A model generated the notes under the pieces. That model was not told where the DNA came from, did no database searches, and saw only the letters and a program-made list of their open reading frames with translations. Made by a program: the position numbers and the translations under genes. From an uncultured Kiritimatiellota bacterium (GTDB lineage: Bacteria > Verrucomicrobiota > Kiritimatiellia > RFP12 > DVOR01): DNA of 64,000 nucleotides. Below, piece by piece: positions 39,901 to 49,482 of this stretch (position 1 is its first letter; every line of letters starts with the position of its first letter). The stretch is from contig CALXMT010000004.1 in NCBI GenBank assembly GCA_944389545.1, positions 8,201 to 72,200 on the forward strand, written 5' to 3'.

Positions 39901-41227
39901 CCTGCCAATCGCCGGGATAGGGGCGCGTGGCGTCGCCGTCGCCGTTCGTGTCGCCGCCCACCGAGTCGTCCTTGACCGAGGTGAAGACGATCGGCCGCGC
40001 GGCGGTGCCGACGGCCACCAGATCGAAAAGCGGCGGGATGGACAGGGCGGCGCCCTCCTCGAACTTGACGACCGTCCCGGGCTCGATGGTGAAGGAGAGC
40101 GTGTCGTTCTCCATGATCTCGGCCGTCCCCCGCACGACCCAGTCCACGCCGCGCCGCAACACGGGCACGGAGATGCCCCCGGTCAGCACGGTCGACGTCA
40201 TCGGCAATCCGTTCCAGCACCCATCCGCGCCCAATGCGGCCTCCCACGCGTCCGCGTGTTTCTCGCTGTACCGGCCGATGATGTCCTCCGCGCCACCCAA
40301 CCAGCCGTAGGCCGACTCCGGCGGCGGCCCCTTGAAGTAAACCGTCGACAGCACCCCCATCACGCCGCTCGGCCCGGAGTGCGATCCCTCGATGTATCGC
40401 AGGCTCTCCGGCAGGATGAGCGTGCGGGTCATGCTGGCGCCGAAAAAGACACCCGCGCCCAACGTCGTCACCCCCTCGGGTACCACAAAGTTGTCATAGT
40501 CGTAAACCTCGTCTGGGTCCGGCGGGCCATTTCCCCGCCACACGGTGGCCAAGTGGTAAAGCGTGGTCATCCCGGCATCGAGAAGCATCCCGTCCTTGGA
40601 GACAAAGGCTGTGTTGCCCTCCGCCACGTCAATCACGCACATACAACACATGAACGCCGTCTCGTCGATTTCGGTGACGCTCACGGGGATGGTCAGCTGT
40701 CGCAGGCCGAAGCAGTTCCCGAAAGCTCCCGCACCGATGGATTCCAGCAACGCCGGCAACTCCAGATCCGTCAGCCCTTGGTTGTCGGCGAACGCACCCG
40801 TCGCGATGCGCCGCAAGGTCGGCGGCAAGGCGTCCCGCGGCGGCGTGACGCTTATCGGCACGGCCAGAAGCGTCGTCCGCCCCTTGTCGAAGAGCATCCC
40901 GAACTCCACGGTGAAATGCGGGCTCGCCGGGTCCACGGAAATGCTCTCCATGACCCCCGAGAGCGCCCCCTCCTGAATCGTGCGCACCGTCGCCGGAATC
41001 AAGACGCCGTTCGCCCCCGCGAAGGCCACCGAAAGCGCCACCACCGCCTTCCCGTCGATCTCCGCCGGGATGGCCACGTCCATCCCCCACAGCGAGGAGC
41101 AGAAGACGATCTCGACCTCCCCCTCGCCGACCTCCTCGTAGCCGAACATCCCGTCCGAGGAGGTCTGCATCCCCCACACGCTCCCGCCCAGCACGATGGC
41201 GGCGACCAACATGAAAAACCGTCTCAT
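33989..41227 (-). CDS. Giant (2412 aa) secreted multi-domain surface protein
   Basis: Signal peptide 'MRRFFMLVAAIVLGGSVWG'. BspA-type LRRs ('LESIGAGAFGNCFGLRQLTIPVSVTEIDETAF'). Right-handed beta-helix repeats ('NCVISGASAAI..NCVFHDV..NCVFMDV..GDFRLNAGSAAID'). A CARDB-like domain. Three or more carboxypeptidase-regulatory-like domains. A PKD domain ('VRWDFDGDGQVDATG..HGYDQAGDY'). An unassigned beta-rich region. An 'SCDPNEMGGPAG...YTVYFEN' module. A Calx-beta domain and a conserved C-terminal tail. Confidence 0.85.
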
Positions 41228-41248
41228 GGCGTCCTCCTTCCTTCCCGC

Positions 41249-43540
41249 TCACTCCTCGCCCAACACGGCCTTCAGGAAACACGTCCCCGCCGCGGGCGGC
41301 TCGAACCGCAACGTCAGCCGGTTCCCCTCCACCTCGCGCGACGTGACGGGCAATTCCCGCGACGACGCGAAATCGGGCGTCTCCGAGGCCAGCACCCGCG
41401 CTGGCACGTCCGCCGCGAAGGCCAACGCCCCCTCGCCACCCGTCAGCGTCAGCGAGAGGCTCCCCACCCCAGCCGCCGCCCGCGCCGCCACCCCCAGCGG
41501 TACCTCCGGCACCCCCAGCCCGGAGACCGCGATCGACCAATTGAGTCGGAGGATGAGCTCGCCCGTCCCAGTATTGAACGATTGCGGTATCGTGACGTTC
41601 GCGTCGTCCACGATTTCGCCAAATGTCGCGTTGATCGCCTTGATGGGGCTTAGCAGCTTCAATTGATCCGACTGCGCTTCCACCGTGACACGGGAAACGT
41701 CGATTCCGAATTCCGCCTCGCTCTGCACCACGAGTTGCGCCAACTTGTTCGCGGCCTTGTCCGTCAGGCGCTCTTTCCCCGAGGGATCCACCAATGGCGA
41801 AAGTTCCGTGACCCAATCCGTCGGTCCCGGCAAGCGGAGCGTCTGCCAATCCGGGATGGCCTGCTCCAACCCCACGGCCGCGTCCAACCCCGGAAGGTTG
41901 AGCGACACCGCGACAATCGCGCCATCCCGCATCGCCTGCAGTTCATCCGTCTGTTTGTCGGAGGCGACCTCCAGCGCGAACCACCCTCCGGCACCCGATT
42001 TCGTCTGGACTTTCCCGAACGAGACCGTTGCGCCTTCGACACCCACACCAGCCGCGGAGAGCACCTGCCCCACGATGGGCACATAGCGAGTCTCCTGGCC
42101 TACCGCCGGCGGCGCGATGAGTGTGACGACGCCCTTCAAGGTCGAGTACGCATACGTCTCCTCGGCCGTGACCGTCCCGCCCCCCGGAATCGTCTCACTT
42201 GTAGCGGTCTTGACGGAAAGCGTCTGGCTCAGATCGAACCACCCGTCGCCGAGGCCGCCCCATCCCCAATGGAGCGCCGCATAGAAAGCGGAATCCGACG
42301 CGGACCACGAAAGCCCCGTCGCGACAATCGCATGGTCTATCTGCGTTCTCGCCTTCGGTGCGGGGACAAATTCGCTCGTCATCGTCGCTTCCCCCCGCAG
42401 GGACAGCACGACCGGGCGCCCGGCCATCAGCATGGGGTAGACGAAACGCTTCAGGAACGGCACAGGATCCCCGCCCGCCTCGTTCTCTACGTAACGCGCG
42501 TCGCGAAAGCCCAACGTCGTGAGGGCGTCGGCCAAAGGCACCGTGTTCGCGACGCTCCCGTCCGAGCCATACATCGTTCCCACCAAGAGCCCCGTGTTGA
42601 GCGTCGTGCGGTTCGTCAGGTCGCGAATGGCCGCGACCAATTCCTCATTTTTCCAGTTAACCGATTCAAGCGCCCCCCAATCGTTCGACCCCGTCCGCAA
42701 CGCCATGGAGATCTGACGTTCCTCCTTCGAGACGGTGGTCGATTCGATGACCGTATCAACCACCGTGCACGTGTAACTCTTCCCACCCTCCGTCCACGAA
42801 GGGTACCGGCACGCCTGCTGGACGATCGCCCCGGCAACGGCGACGCAACCGGCAACCGCCAGCGACTCTTGCACGTAAGGGGGCCCCGGGACAGAATCTG
42901 GCAGTTTCGTCGTAGTCTTCACCACAGGCAAATCGCGCGAATAGAGATTCTTCTCCGGCTCTTGCGCTGAGACCGGATACCAATTGTTGCCACCTTGCTG
43001 GTTCCAATGGGACAACGCATCGTTCCAAGCGATCCAAGCCGTTGCATCCAAGGTCGGGTGCAAAATCGTGCCGAAGGCGGAGACCGCGTTGCTCGTTACC
43101 GTCGACGCGCGGGGTTGGGCACGGGAGGCGAGGAGGCTGGCCCAGGCGGCCTCATTGGCGAGGGTCTCGGGATCGGCGGCGCGGGCGCGGCGGGCGAGCG
43201 TCTGGCGCTGGGCGGCGCCCATCCGGCGAAGCACCAGGCGGAGCGGGTGGCCGGCGGGAAGGTCCGCCATGTCGCAGGCGGGCAGGTAACCGACGACCGG
43301 GGCGAAGGCGGTGTCCGTCGTGATGAGTACCACGCCGCCGCGAACCGTCGGGACACCGTAAGCGACGACCTGCCCCTCCTCGTCCGTCACGGGGGAGGCC
43401 TCGTCCGTGGAGACGGTCGCCTCCGCGCCGAGCCAGTTCCGCGCCGCGAGGGCGGCCTGCCCCGGGGTGACGGAGACGGCGCGGCACAACGGGGCGCAAC
43501 ACAACGCGGCGAGCAACGCGATCAAGGGCTGTTTCTTCAT
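41249..43540 (-). CDS. Secreted C10-like (streptopain/interpain family) cysteine peptidase with an N-terminal inhibitor-like prodomain and a long C-terminal extension
   Basis: Signal peptide 'MKKQPLIALLAALCCAPLCRA'. The prodomain-like segment is 'AALAARNWL...VVAYGVPTVRGGVVLITTDTAFAPVVGYLP'. 'HWNQQGGNNWYP' and 'VAGCVAVAGAIVQQ' hold the candidate catalytic Cys. 'IDHAIVATGL...HWGWGGLGDGWFDL' holds the candidate His, with the GWGG motif typical of C10. Confidence 0.65.
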   Translation of the reverse strand: MKKQPLIALLAALCCAPLCRAVSVTPGQAALAARNWLGAEATVSTDEASPVTDEEGQVVAYGVPTVRGGVVLITTDTAFAPVVGYLPACDMADLPAGHPLRLVLRRMGAAQRQTLARRARAADPETLANEAAWASLLASRAQPRASTVTSNAVSAFGTILHPTLDATAWIAWNDALSHWNQQGGNNWYPVSAQEPEKNLYSRDLPVVKTTTKLPDSVPGPPYVQESLAVAGCVAVAGAIVQQACRYPSWTEGGKSYTCTVVDTVIESTTVSKEERQISMALRTGSNDWGALESVNWKNEELVAAIRDLTNRTTLNTGLLVGTMYGSDGSVANTVPLADALTTLGFRDARYVENEAGGDPVPFLKRFVYPMLMAGRPVVLSLRGEATMTSEFVPAPKARTQIDHAIVATGLSWSASDSAFYAALHWGWGGLGDGWFDLSQTLSVKTATSETIPGGGTVTAEETYAYSTLKGVVTLIAPPAVGQETRYVPIVGQVLSAAGVGVEGATVSFGKVQTKSGAGGWFALEVASDKQTDELQAMRDGAIVAVSLNLPGLDAAVGLEQAIPDWQTLRLPGPTDWVTELSPLVDPSGKERLTDKAANKLAQLVVQSEAEFGIDVSRVTVEAQSDQLKLLSPIKAINATFGEIVDDANVTIPQSFNTGTGELILRLNWSIAVSGLGVPEVPLGVAARAAAGVGSLSLTLTGGEGALAFAADVPARVLASETPDFASSRELPVTSREVEGNRLTLRFEPPAAGTCFLKAVLGEE

Positions 43541-43562
43541 GGCAGGATCCTTTCGCTGTAGG

Positions 43563-44168
43563 TCATCGGGCGAGGAGGCGGAAGAAGGCGTTCGGGACGG
43601 GCGGGTCGGCGAAGCGCAGGGGGATGTCGACCTCCGAGTCGGAGCGGCGTGTCGGCGTGCCGACGGCGACGGGGGCGGTTTCCGCCCAGGAGGCCTCGTC
43701 GAGCGACGTGCCGCCGCGCAGGGCGAAGGCCGCCTCGGGCGCGTAGGGGTCGGCGAGGATGCCGGCCTCGGCCACGACGCGGGCGGCGGCCTCGGTGACC
43801 CACGCGGCGAGCGCCTCGGAGGGTTGCCCCGCCTCCTCCGGCCAGCCGAGCGCGGGGACGTGCCGGCGGATGGTGACGGCGCAGGTCTTGTCCGCGGCGT
43901 CGAGGGCGAGGCCGTCGGCGTTTTCGAGGCCGAGCAGGATGGTCTTGTCGCCGAGGGCGAGCGCGGCGGGGTCGAAGGTCAGATAGAGGGTCTTGGGCGC
44001 GGTGTCGCCCTGTGCCCATTCCAGTCGGATGGGCTCGGGGAAGAAGAAGTCCTCGCCGAGGCGCGTCGACCCGCCGACGACGCGCAGGTCCACGGCGGTC
44101 GCCGTCACGGCGGCGACCGCCGGCAGGGACAGCGTGAGCGCACAGGCAATCGCGAGGATGGGTTTCAT
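43563..44168 (-). CDS. Small secreted Calx-beta protein, a paralogue of the C-terminal ~240 aa of the giant protein
   Basis: Signal peptide 'MKPILAIACALTLSLPAVAA'. The remainder aligns to the giant protein's C-terminus except for a 64-aa gap. The nucleotide identity is very high. Confidence 0.8.
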   Translation of the reverse strand: MKPILAIACALTLSLPAVAAVTATAVDLRVVGGSTRLGEDFFFPEPIRLEWAQGDTAPKTLYLTFDPAALALGDKTILLGLENADGLALDAADKTCAVTIRRHVPALGWPEEAGQPSEALAAWVTEAAARVVAEAGILADPYAPEAAFALRGGTSLDEASWAETAPVAVGTPTRRSDSEVDIPLRFADPPVPNAFFRLLAR

Positions 44169-44238
44169 GGCAACTCCTTGGGCGGGCGTTTCACGGGGGG
44201 ATGCGCGGGCGGCGCTCGCCGCCCGCGCGAGGGGGAGA

Positions 44239-44739
44239 TCATTTCGCCAAGCCGGCCTCTTCCTTGATGCGGATGGCCTTGCCCTTGACGGTGGCGGACT
44301 CGACGGAGTAGAAGAAGCCGAAGCCGCGGACGGTGCGCAGGACGCGTTTGGGGATGATGAGGTCGGCGCCCTTGGCCTCGGCGGCGGTGAGGGCGGTGTA
44401 ATTGGCGCGTTCGACGGGGTCGCCGCCGCCGAAGAAGTGGCCGATGGCGGAGAACATGTCGGAGAACATGCCCTCGGAGACCTCCTCGTACTGATCCTCG
44501 AAGGTACGGTAGCCGAAGATGATCATCTTGGAGGGATCGTTGTCGATGATGTGGACGAGGCCGCAATAGGAGGTGACCTCGGAGGTCTCCTCGACGTCGC
44601 CCATGATCTCGTAGTCGGAGCGGTTGAGGTTCATGTTGATGAGGGGCGTGGCGTCGGGCGCGGAGCGCAGGGCGGTGTTGCAGCCGGTCGCGAGAAAGCC
44701 GGCGGCGAGCGCGAGGGTGAGGAGGTGGAGGGTTTTCAT
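44239..44739 (-). CDS. Lipoprotein, 166 aa
   Basis: Lipobox 'FLATGC'. Ordinary composition, and the C-terminal part is loosely TRL-like. Confidence 0.65.
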   Translation of the reverse strand: MKTLHLLTLALAAGFLATGCNTALRSAPDATPLINMNLNRSDYEIMGDVEETSEVTSYCGLVHIIDNDPSKMIIFGYRTFEDQYEEVSEGMFSDMFSAIGHFFGGGDPVERANYTALTAAEAKGADLIIPKRVLRTVRGFGFFYSVESATVKGKAIRIKEEAGLAK

Positions 44740-44793
44740 CGGGATGGTTCCTTTGGTTCGGATGATGGCCGGGGCACGCGCCCCGCGCCGAAA

Positions 44794-45759
44794 TCAGCGC
44801 AACGCCTCCGGGCAGAGCCCTTCGGGCAGCTTCACGAGCAGCGTGGCGGCGGGTTGGAGGCGGCTGACGCGCGGGGCGTAGCGCCGGCGGAAGACGACGC
44901 ACCGCGTGCCCTCCCCCGCCCAGACGCGCACATCCTCCATGCCCAAGTGGAGGATGAAGACGGGGTGGAGGTAGGTTTGCTGCCAGACGGCATGCTCGGT
45001 GATGAGGGTGGTGAGGTCGTCGAGCGAGGGCACCGTCCCGCCCAGGCCCGCCGCCAGACGCTCCGCGGCCGCGTAGTCAAGCGGCTCGGAGGGCGGGTAG
45101 TGCCACACGCAGCGCAGGACGCGGTCGTAGACGAGCGTGCGGCCCTCGAGGACGGGCGTCTCGCCGTCGGCACGGAAGACGACGAAACGGTTGGAGGCGC
45201 GGAAGTAAACGGGGTCGCGCGGTTCGGTGGTGGCGGTGTTGAGGAAGGCGCGGGCGATGTAACGGCCGTCGAAGGCCAGGCCGCGCAGGTCGATGAGCGT
45301 CTCGCGCGAGGCGAGGTCGAAGTCCGCCCACGCCTGCTCGAAGTCGCCCCACGCCACGTCGCCCTGCGCGCCGGCGGGGACGGTGACGCGCACGCCGCCA
45401 CCCTTGCGCACGCGCGTCTGGTAGGCCTGGGTGTCGGCGTCGCCGTGATAGACGCGGGTGCGGCCCTCGGCATGGAGGCGAAGGGTGGCGGCGATGACGG
45501 GCCGCCCGCAGCAGGTGAGGCGGAAGGTGCGGGCGATGTGGTCCTCGCCGTCGGCGTCGGGGTACAGCACGGCGTCGGCGGTCGGGAGCGGCTCGGGAAA
45601 GGCGACATCCCGCAAATCCCCATGCCCCGAGGGCGTCGGGAACCACGTGTAGTCGGAAATGCGGAAATACCCCTCCGGGATCTCCGCGCAACCGCCGGCG
45701 AGGGCCAGCGCCAGGCACGCGAGAAGCGCGCGGCGGGACAGGCGGCATTCACTACTCAT
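44794..45759 (-). CDS. Lipoprotein, 321 aa, unknown function
   Basis: The start at 'MSSECRLSRRALLACLALALAGGC' carries a lipobox and overlaps the kinase stop by 8 nt. The longer ORF reaching 46221 is an out-of-frame overlap with the kinase gene. Confidence 0.65.
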   Translation of the reverse strand: MSSECRLSRRALLACLALALAGGCAEIPEGYFRISDYTWFPTPSGHGDLRDVAFPEPLPTADAVLYPDADGEDHIARTFRLTCCGRPVIAATLRLHAEGRTRVYHGDADTQAYQTRVRKGGGVRVTVPAGAQGDVAWGDFEQAWADFDLASRETLIDLRGLAFDGRYIARAFLNTATTEPRDPVYFRASNRFVVFRADGETPVLEGRTLVYDRVLRCVWHYPPSEPLDYAAAERLAAGLGGTVPSLDDLTTLITEHAVWQQTYLHPVFILHLGMEDVRVWAGEGTRCVVFRRRYAPRVSRLQPAATLLVKLPEGLCPEALR

Positions 45760-47617
45760 CGCTCCCCTCCTCGTAAAGGGTGACGGCGCCCGTGGCGAGG
45801 TCGAGGCGCACGCCGGCAAGCAAGGGCGTGGCGTCGCCGGCCTCGGGCTTGGCCAAGGCCATGTCGAACCGCGCGAGCGGCCGGCCGTCGGCATCGTCGA
45901 AACGCAGGGCGAAGCGGCCATCGAGCGCGGCGAAGGCCCGCAGAAACCCCGCCAACTCCTCGGGCGCGCAGGGCCCGAAGACCCGCGGCCCGCCATACTG
46001 CAGGAGCGTCCCGCGCACCTCCGCCACGGGCGCGCCGCCGGAGACCACTTGGAAACCCCGCACGCGCACACGCCGCGCCTCGGCGGGTTCGAGCCCACGG
46101 AAGGCGACGTGCCCGGCGGCGACGAGCCCCGAGGCCTCCGCCGCCCGCCACCGCGCCGCGCCTTGGTGCCCGGCCTCGACGCGCAGGTCGAAGCGCGCCC
46201 CCGCCGGCAGGTCGGCGACATACGGGGCGCCCGTCAGACGGATGGGGGCGCCCTCCTCGGGGAAGAGCGTCACCGTGGCCTCGGTGATCGCCTCCCCGCC
46301 CAGCCACAGGGTCAGCGCCATCGGCGCAGGCGCGGCGGGAAGGACCGCCGCCACGGGTTCCCGCGCGGATGGCGGCGGGGGGACGGTGGGCGTCGGCGGC
46401 GCGACGGGAAGCGGCGCATCGGGGGGCGTTTCCGTGGGGGGCGGCCCCAGGACCTTCGCACGGACGTCCGATTCGCGCAGGACGAGCCACCCGAGCACGC
46501 ACAACAGCACGCCGGCGATGGAGGCGAGCGTGACGGCGGAGACCGTCTGCCGCGAGAAAATCCTGCTCGTCGCCGAACGGATGCGCACGGAGCGGGCGGA
46601 GGGGGCGGGGCGGTCGAGCGGGATGGTGGTGGCCATGCCGGGATTCGAGACCTTCGTCTTCCCCGCGGCGGCGGGGGGCGGGGGCGGCGAGGCGACGGTG
46701 CTGGCGACAATGGGCGCGCCGCCAACAGGGCGCGGCGGGGGCTCCGTCTCCGCCGGCGGCGGCTTCCCGCCCAACGCCTCCAGCAACGCACGCGCCGTCT
46801 GCGGCCGCTTGGCGGCGTCGGTGGAGAGCATGGCGTGGATCAGGGTGGACGTGCGTTCGGAGACGTCCGGGCGGAGCGTGCGCAGGTCCGGCGGCGGGTT
46901 CGTGCAGATCTGCTCCATCACCGCGGGGACGGTGTCGCCGCCGTAGGGCCGCCGTGCCGCCAACATCTCGTAGAAGACGGCGCCGAGGCTGTAGATGTCG
47001 GCGCGGGCGTCGACCTTGCCGGAGTCGCGGGCCTGCTCGGGGGAGATGTAGCCGGCGGTGCCGCAGACGATCCGCACCTGCGTCAGCTCCACGTGGTTGC
47101 CCAGGTCGGCCTTGGCGATGCCCAGGTCGGCGAGTTTCGCCTCGCCGTGCTCGCCGAAGAGGATGTTGTCGGGCTTGATGTCGCGATGGACGAGATGGAA
47201 GCGTTCGGCCTGGCAGAGCGCGCCGGCCACTTGGCGGACGATGCGCGTGGCCTCGGCCTCCGGGAGGGCGCCGCGCGCGCGGATGAGCCCCGTCAGCGTG
47301 CCGCCGGGGAGGTACTCCATCACCAGGTAGTTCAGCTTGGTGTCGGGGTCGCGCCCCACGTCGGAGACCGAGACGAGGTTCGGGTGGTGGATTTGCGCGG
47401 CCAGCTGGGCCTCGCGCAGGAAGCGCTTCTCGTACTGCGGGTCGTCCGCGAGCACCTTCGGGTCCAGGATTTTCACCGCCATCCGGCTGTTGAGCCCGAT
47501 GTGCGTGGCCAGCCAGACGCTCGCCATCCCGCCGCGCCCGAGCAGGCTCTCCAAGCGCAGTTTCCCGAGGACCATCCCCGGGTGCGGCGTGAGCGGCGGC
47601 GACTCGTGGCGCGGCAT
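45752..47617 (-). CDS. Transmembrane Hanks-type Ser/Thr protein kinase with an extracytoplasmic C-terminal domain
   Basis: 'LGRGGMASVWLA...AVKIL', 'HRDIKPDNILF', 'ADLGIAK' and 'GTAGYISPEQ'. Then a Pro/Ala-rich linker, one TM helix ('VSAVTLASIAGVLLCVLGWLVL'), and ~240 aa of unassigned sequence. Confidence 0.88.
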   Translation of the reverse strand: MPRHESPPLTPHPGMVLGKLRLESLLGRGGMASVWLATHIGLNSRMAVKILDPKVLADDPQYEKRFLREAQLAAQIHHPNLVSVSDVGRDPDTKLNYLVMEYLPGGTLTGLIRARGALPEAEATRIVRQVAGALCQAERFHLVHRDIKPDNILFGEHGEAKLADLGIAKADLGNHVELTQVRIVCGTAGYISPEQARDSGKVDARADIYSLGAVFYEMLAARRPYGGDTVPAVMEQICTNPPPDLRTLRPDVSERTSTLIHAMLSTDAAKRPQTARALLEALGGKPPPAETEPPPRPVGGAPIVASTVASPPPPPAAAGKTKVSNPGMATTIPLDRPAPSARSVRIRSATSRIFSRQTVSAVTLASIAGVLLCVLGWLVLRESDVRAKVLGPPPTETPPDAPLPVAPPTPTVPPPPSAREPVAAVLPAAPAPMALTLWLGGEAITEATVTLFPEEGAPIRLTGAPYVADLPAGARFDLRVEAGHQGAARWRAAEASGLVAAGHVAFRGLEPAEARRVRVRGFQVVSGGAPVAEVRGTLLQYGGPRVFGPCAPEELAGFLRAFAALDGRFALRFDDADGRPLARFDMALAKPEAGDATPLLAGVRLDLATGAVTLYEEGSDE

Positions 47618-47620
47618 GGC

Positions 47621-49474
47621 TCACCTCACGGGGTCGGGGACGCGCGGCAGGCCGGGGAGGTCGGCGTGGATCTTCCCCTTGCGCGGCTTGGCGTAAACAT
47701 CGAGGGCCTTGCGCGCGGCGCGTTGCGCCTTGCCGTTGGCGGCGTAGCGCGCCTTGGCGGCGGGGTCGTTGCGGCGGCGGTTCCGGTCCTCGTAGAGCGC
47801 CTGTTCCAGGGCGAGGGCGCGTTGGCCCCAAGCCTGCATCGCGGCCTCGGCGGGGCTGCCGGCCACGAGGAGCAGCGCGGCGCGGTTCTTTTGGCACAAC
47901 TCCGCCTCGAAGACGCGCCCCTTGCCCACGTCCATCCGGATGCGGTCAGGGTCGCGCTGCTGGGCGTTGTTGAGCGTGAGGCGGACCTCGAAGGGCTCGC
48001 CCGCGGCGGCCACGCGCGTGACGGGGCGATAGGCCTCGATCGGCGCCGACAGCTGGCGGTTCGCCGGGCTGCGCACGGCGCGGACGAGGTCGCCCGTCTG
48101 CCAGAGGGCCTGGTTGGCCGTCGCGCGCAGGCGGTAGAGGTCCGTCTTGTCGGTCGCGGCGCGCTCCAGCACCTCGCACGCGGTGAAGGCCACGGTCTCG
48201 CCGGCGATGGAGAGGCGGCGGTTGATGTCCTTCAGCAGCGCGGCCGTGTCGATCGCCGCGTTCGCCGCGCGCTGCTCCTCCGGGAGCGTGCCGAAGTCCT
48301 TGCCCCACGATTCGGGCAGGGCCTCGACGATCTTGCCGTAGTGGCGCTTCAGCACGGCCGCGGCGGCGGTCGGGAGGTCTTTGTCGAGCAGGTAGAGATT
48401 TTCCTTGTAGCGCGCCTTGGCCACGGGGTCGTCCCGGGCGGCGGCCTTGTCGGCCGCCAGTTGGCGCACCAGGAGCCCCACGCGGTCGAGGACGTGCCTC
48501 AGCGTCTTGTGCGGCGCGGAACCCTCCACCACGAGCGCGGCATCCTTGAAATGGCTCGCGAAGCCCGAGGGGAAGGATGGGTTCTCCACGCCCTCGGCCT
48601 GGAGGTCGATGTTGCCGTTGGCAAGCAGGCGCAAGCGGCTAGGCACCGGCGTGCCCGCGGGCGCGACCTCGCGGATGAAGCGGATGGCCGCCCCGCCGAA
48701 CGCGTAGGCCTGGCGCGCCCGCGCGTCCACCACCCACCGCGATTGCGCCTCGCTCACCGCGTAAAGCGGCTCGGAATAGGCGACCTTCACGTGCCATTCG
48801 CCCGGGCTCCCCTTCACCGGCCCGACGATCTCGATGGCCTTCGTGCCCGGGGCGGCGGGAGCTGACGCGGAAGAAGGCGTCGCGGCCGGCTTGGCGGGCG
48901 CGGCGGTCTCTCCCGCCAGGCTCACGGCGTAGCCACTCTTGCGTAGGGCGTTGTCCAGCGCGGTCCGGAGGCTCGCCAAATCCTGTTCCGTGGGGTTGGC
49001 CAGGTCGAGTTTGGCGGTCACCACGCCGCCGGTGTTGGAAGCGTCGGCCTGGCGTTGCAGGCGCGCCTCGGCCTCCAGGCGTTCCTGTTGCCGCTCGGCC
49101 TGTTGCACCAGTTGCGCGCCGGTGACGACGAACCAGCCGCCGGCGACGATCGTCGCCACGGCCAGGAGCGTCTCCACCCACGGCTGCTTGACTGGGAGCG
49201 GCTCCCCCGCGGCGAGCGCCCGGGCCAACCGCTTGCGGGCGGCCAGCTCGTGCGTGTGCAGGAAAAGCGCCGCCAGGCCGACGGCCGAGCCGTAGACCAT
49301 CACGTCGGCCAGCAACATCAGGACCGTCCACGACCAAAACTTCAGGATGCACCACGGCAGCGCCACGCACCCCGCCAGCGCCACGCCCCGCACCACCCAC
49401 CACGCGCCTTCGTTCCACCGGCGCATGGCCGCGATTGCCGCCGCGAACGCGGCCTTGTCCGTTTCGTTTCCCAT
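47621..49474 (-). CDS. Membrane protein, 617 aa, unknown function
   Basis: Starts at 'MGNETDKAAF'. Three to four N-terminal TM helices, then a coiled coil ('QQAERQQERLEAEARLQRQ') and a large soluble domain. The stop is 3 nt from the kinase start. Confidence 0.6.
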   Translation of the reverse strand: MGNETDKAAFAAAIAAMRRWNEGAWWVVRGVALAGCVALPWCILKFWSWTVLMLLADVMVYGSAVGLAALFLHTHELAARKRLARALAAGEPLPVKQPWVETLLAVATIVAGGWFVVTGAQLVQQAERQQERLEAEARLQRQADASNTGGVVTAKLDLANPTEQDLASLRTALDNALRKSGYAVSLAGETAAPAKPAATPSSASAPAAPGTKAIEIVGPVKGSPGEWHVKVAYSEPLYAVSEAQSRWVVDARARQAYAFGGAAIRFIREVAPAGTPVPSRLRLLANGNIDLQAEGVENPSFPSGFASHFKDAALVVEGSAPHKTLRHVLDRVGLLVRQLAADKAAARDDPVAKARYKENLYLLDKDLPTAAAAVLKRHYGKIVEALPESWGKDFGTLPEEQRAANAAIDTAALLKDINRRLSIAGETVAFTACEVLERAATDKTDLYRLRATANQALWQTGDLVRAVRSPANRQLSAPIEAYRPVTRVAAAGEPFEVRLTLNNAQQRDPDRIRMDVGKGRVFEAELCQKNRAALLLVAGSPAEAAMQAWGQRALALEQALYEDRNRRRNDPAAKARYAANGKAQRAARKALDVYAKPRKGKIHADLPGLPRVPDPVR

Positions 49475-49482
49475 CGCGCACC

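Noticed and set aside
34442-41653. A 2403-aa plus-strand ORF antisense to the giant surface-protein gene and the peptidase gene
   Set aside because: Same artefact. The sequence is Arg/Gly/Asp/His-rich with no domain signatures and spans two real minus-strand genes.
44794-46221. The long 475-aa version of the lipoprotein ORF, and the alternative-frame ORFs 45756..47897 and 44832..45752
   Set aside because: The upstream 154 codons overlap the kinase gene out of frame and are Arg/Pro/Ser-rich. The lipobox-bearing start at 45759 fits the operon spacing.
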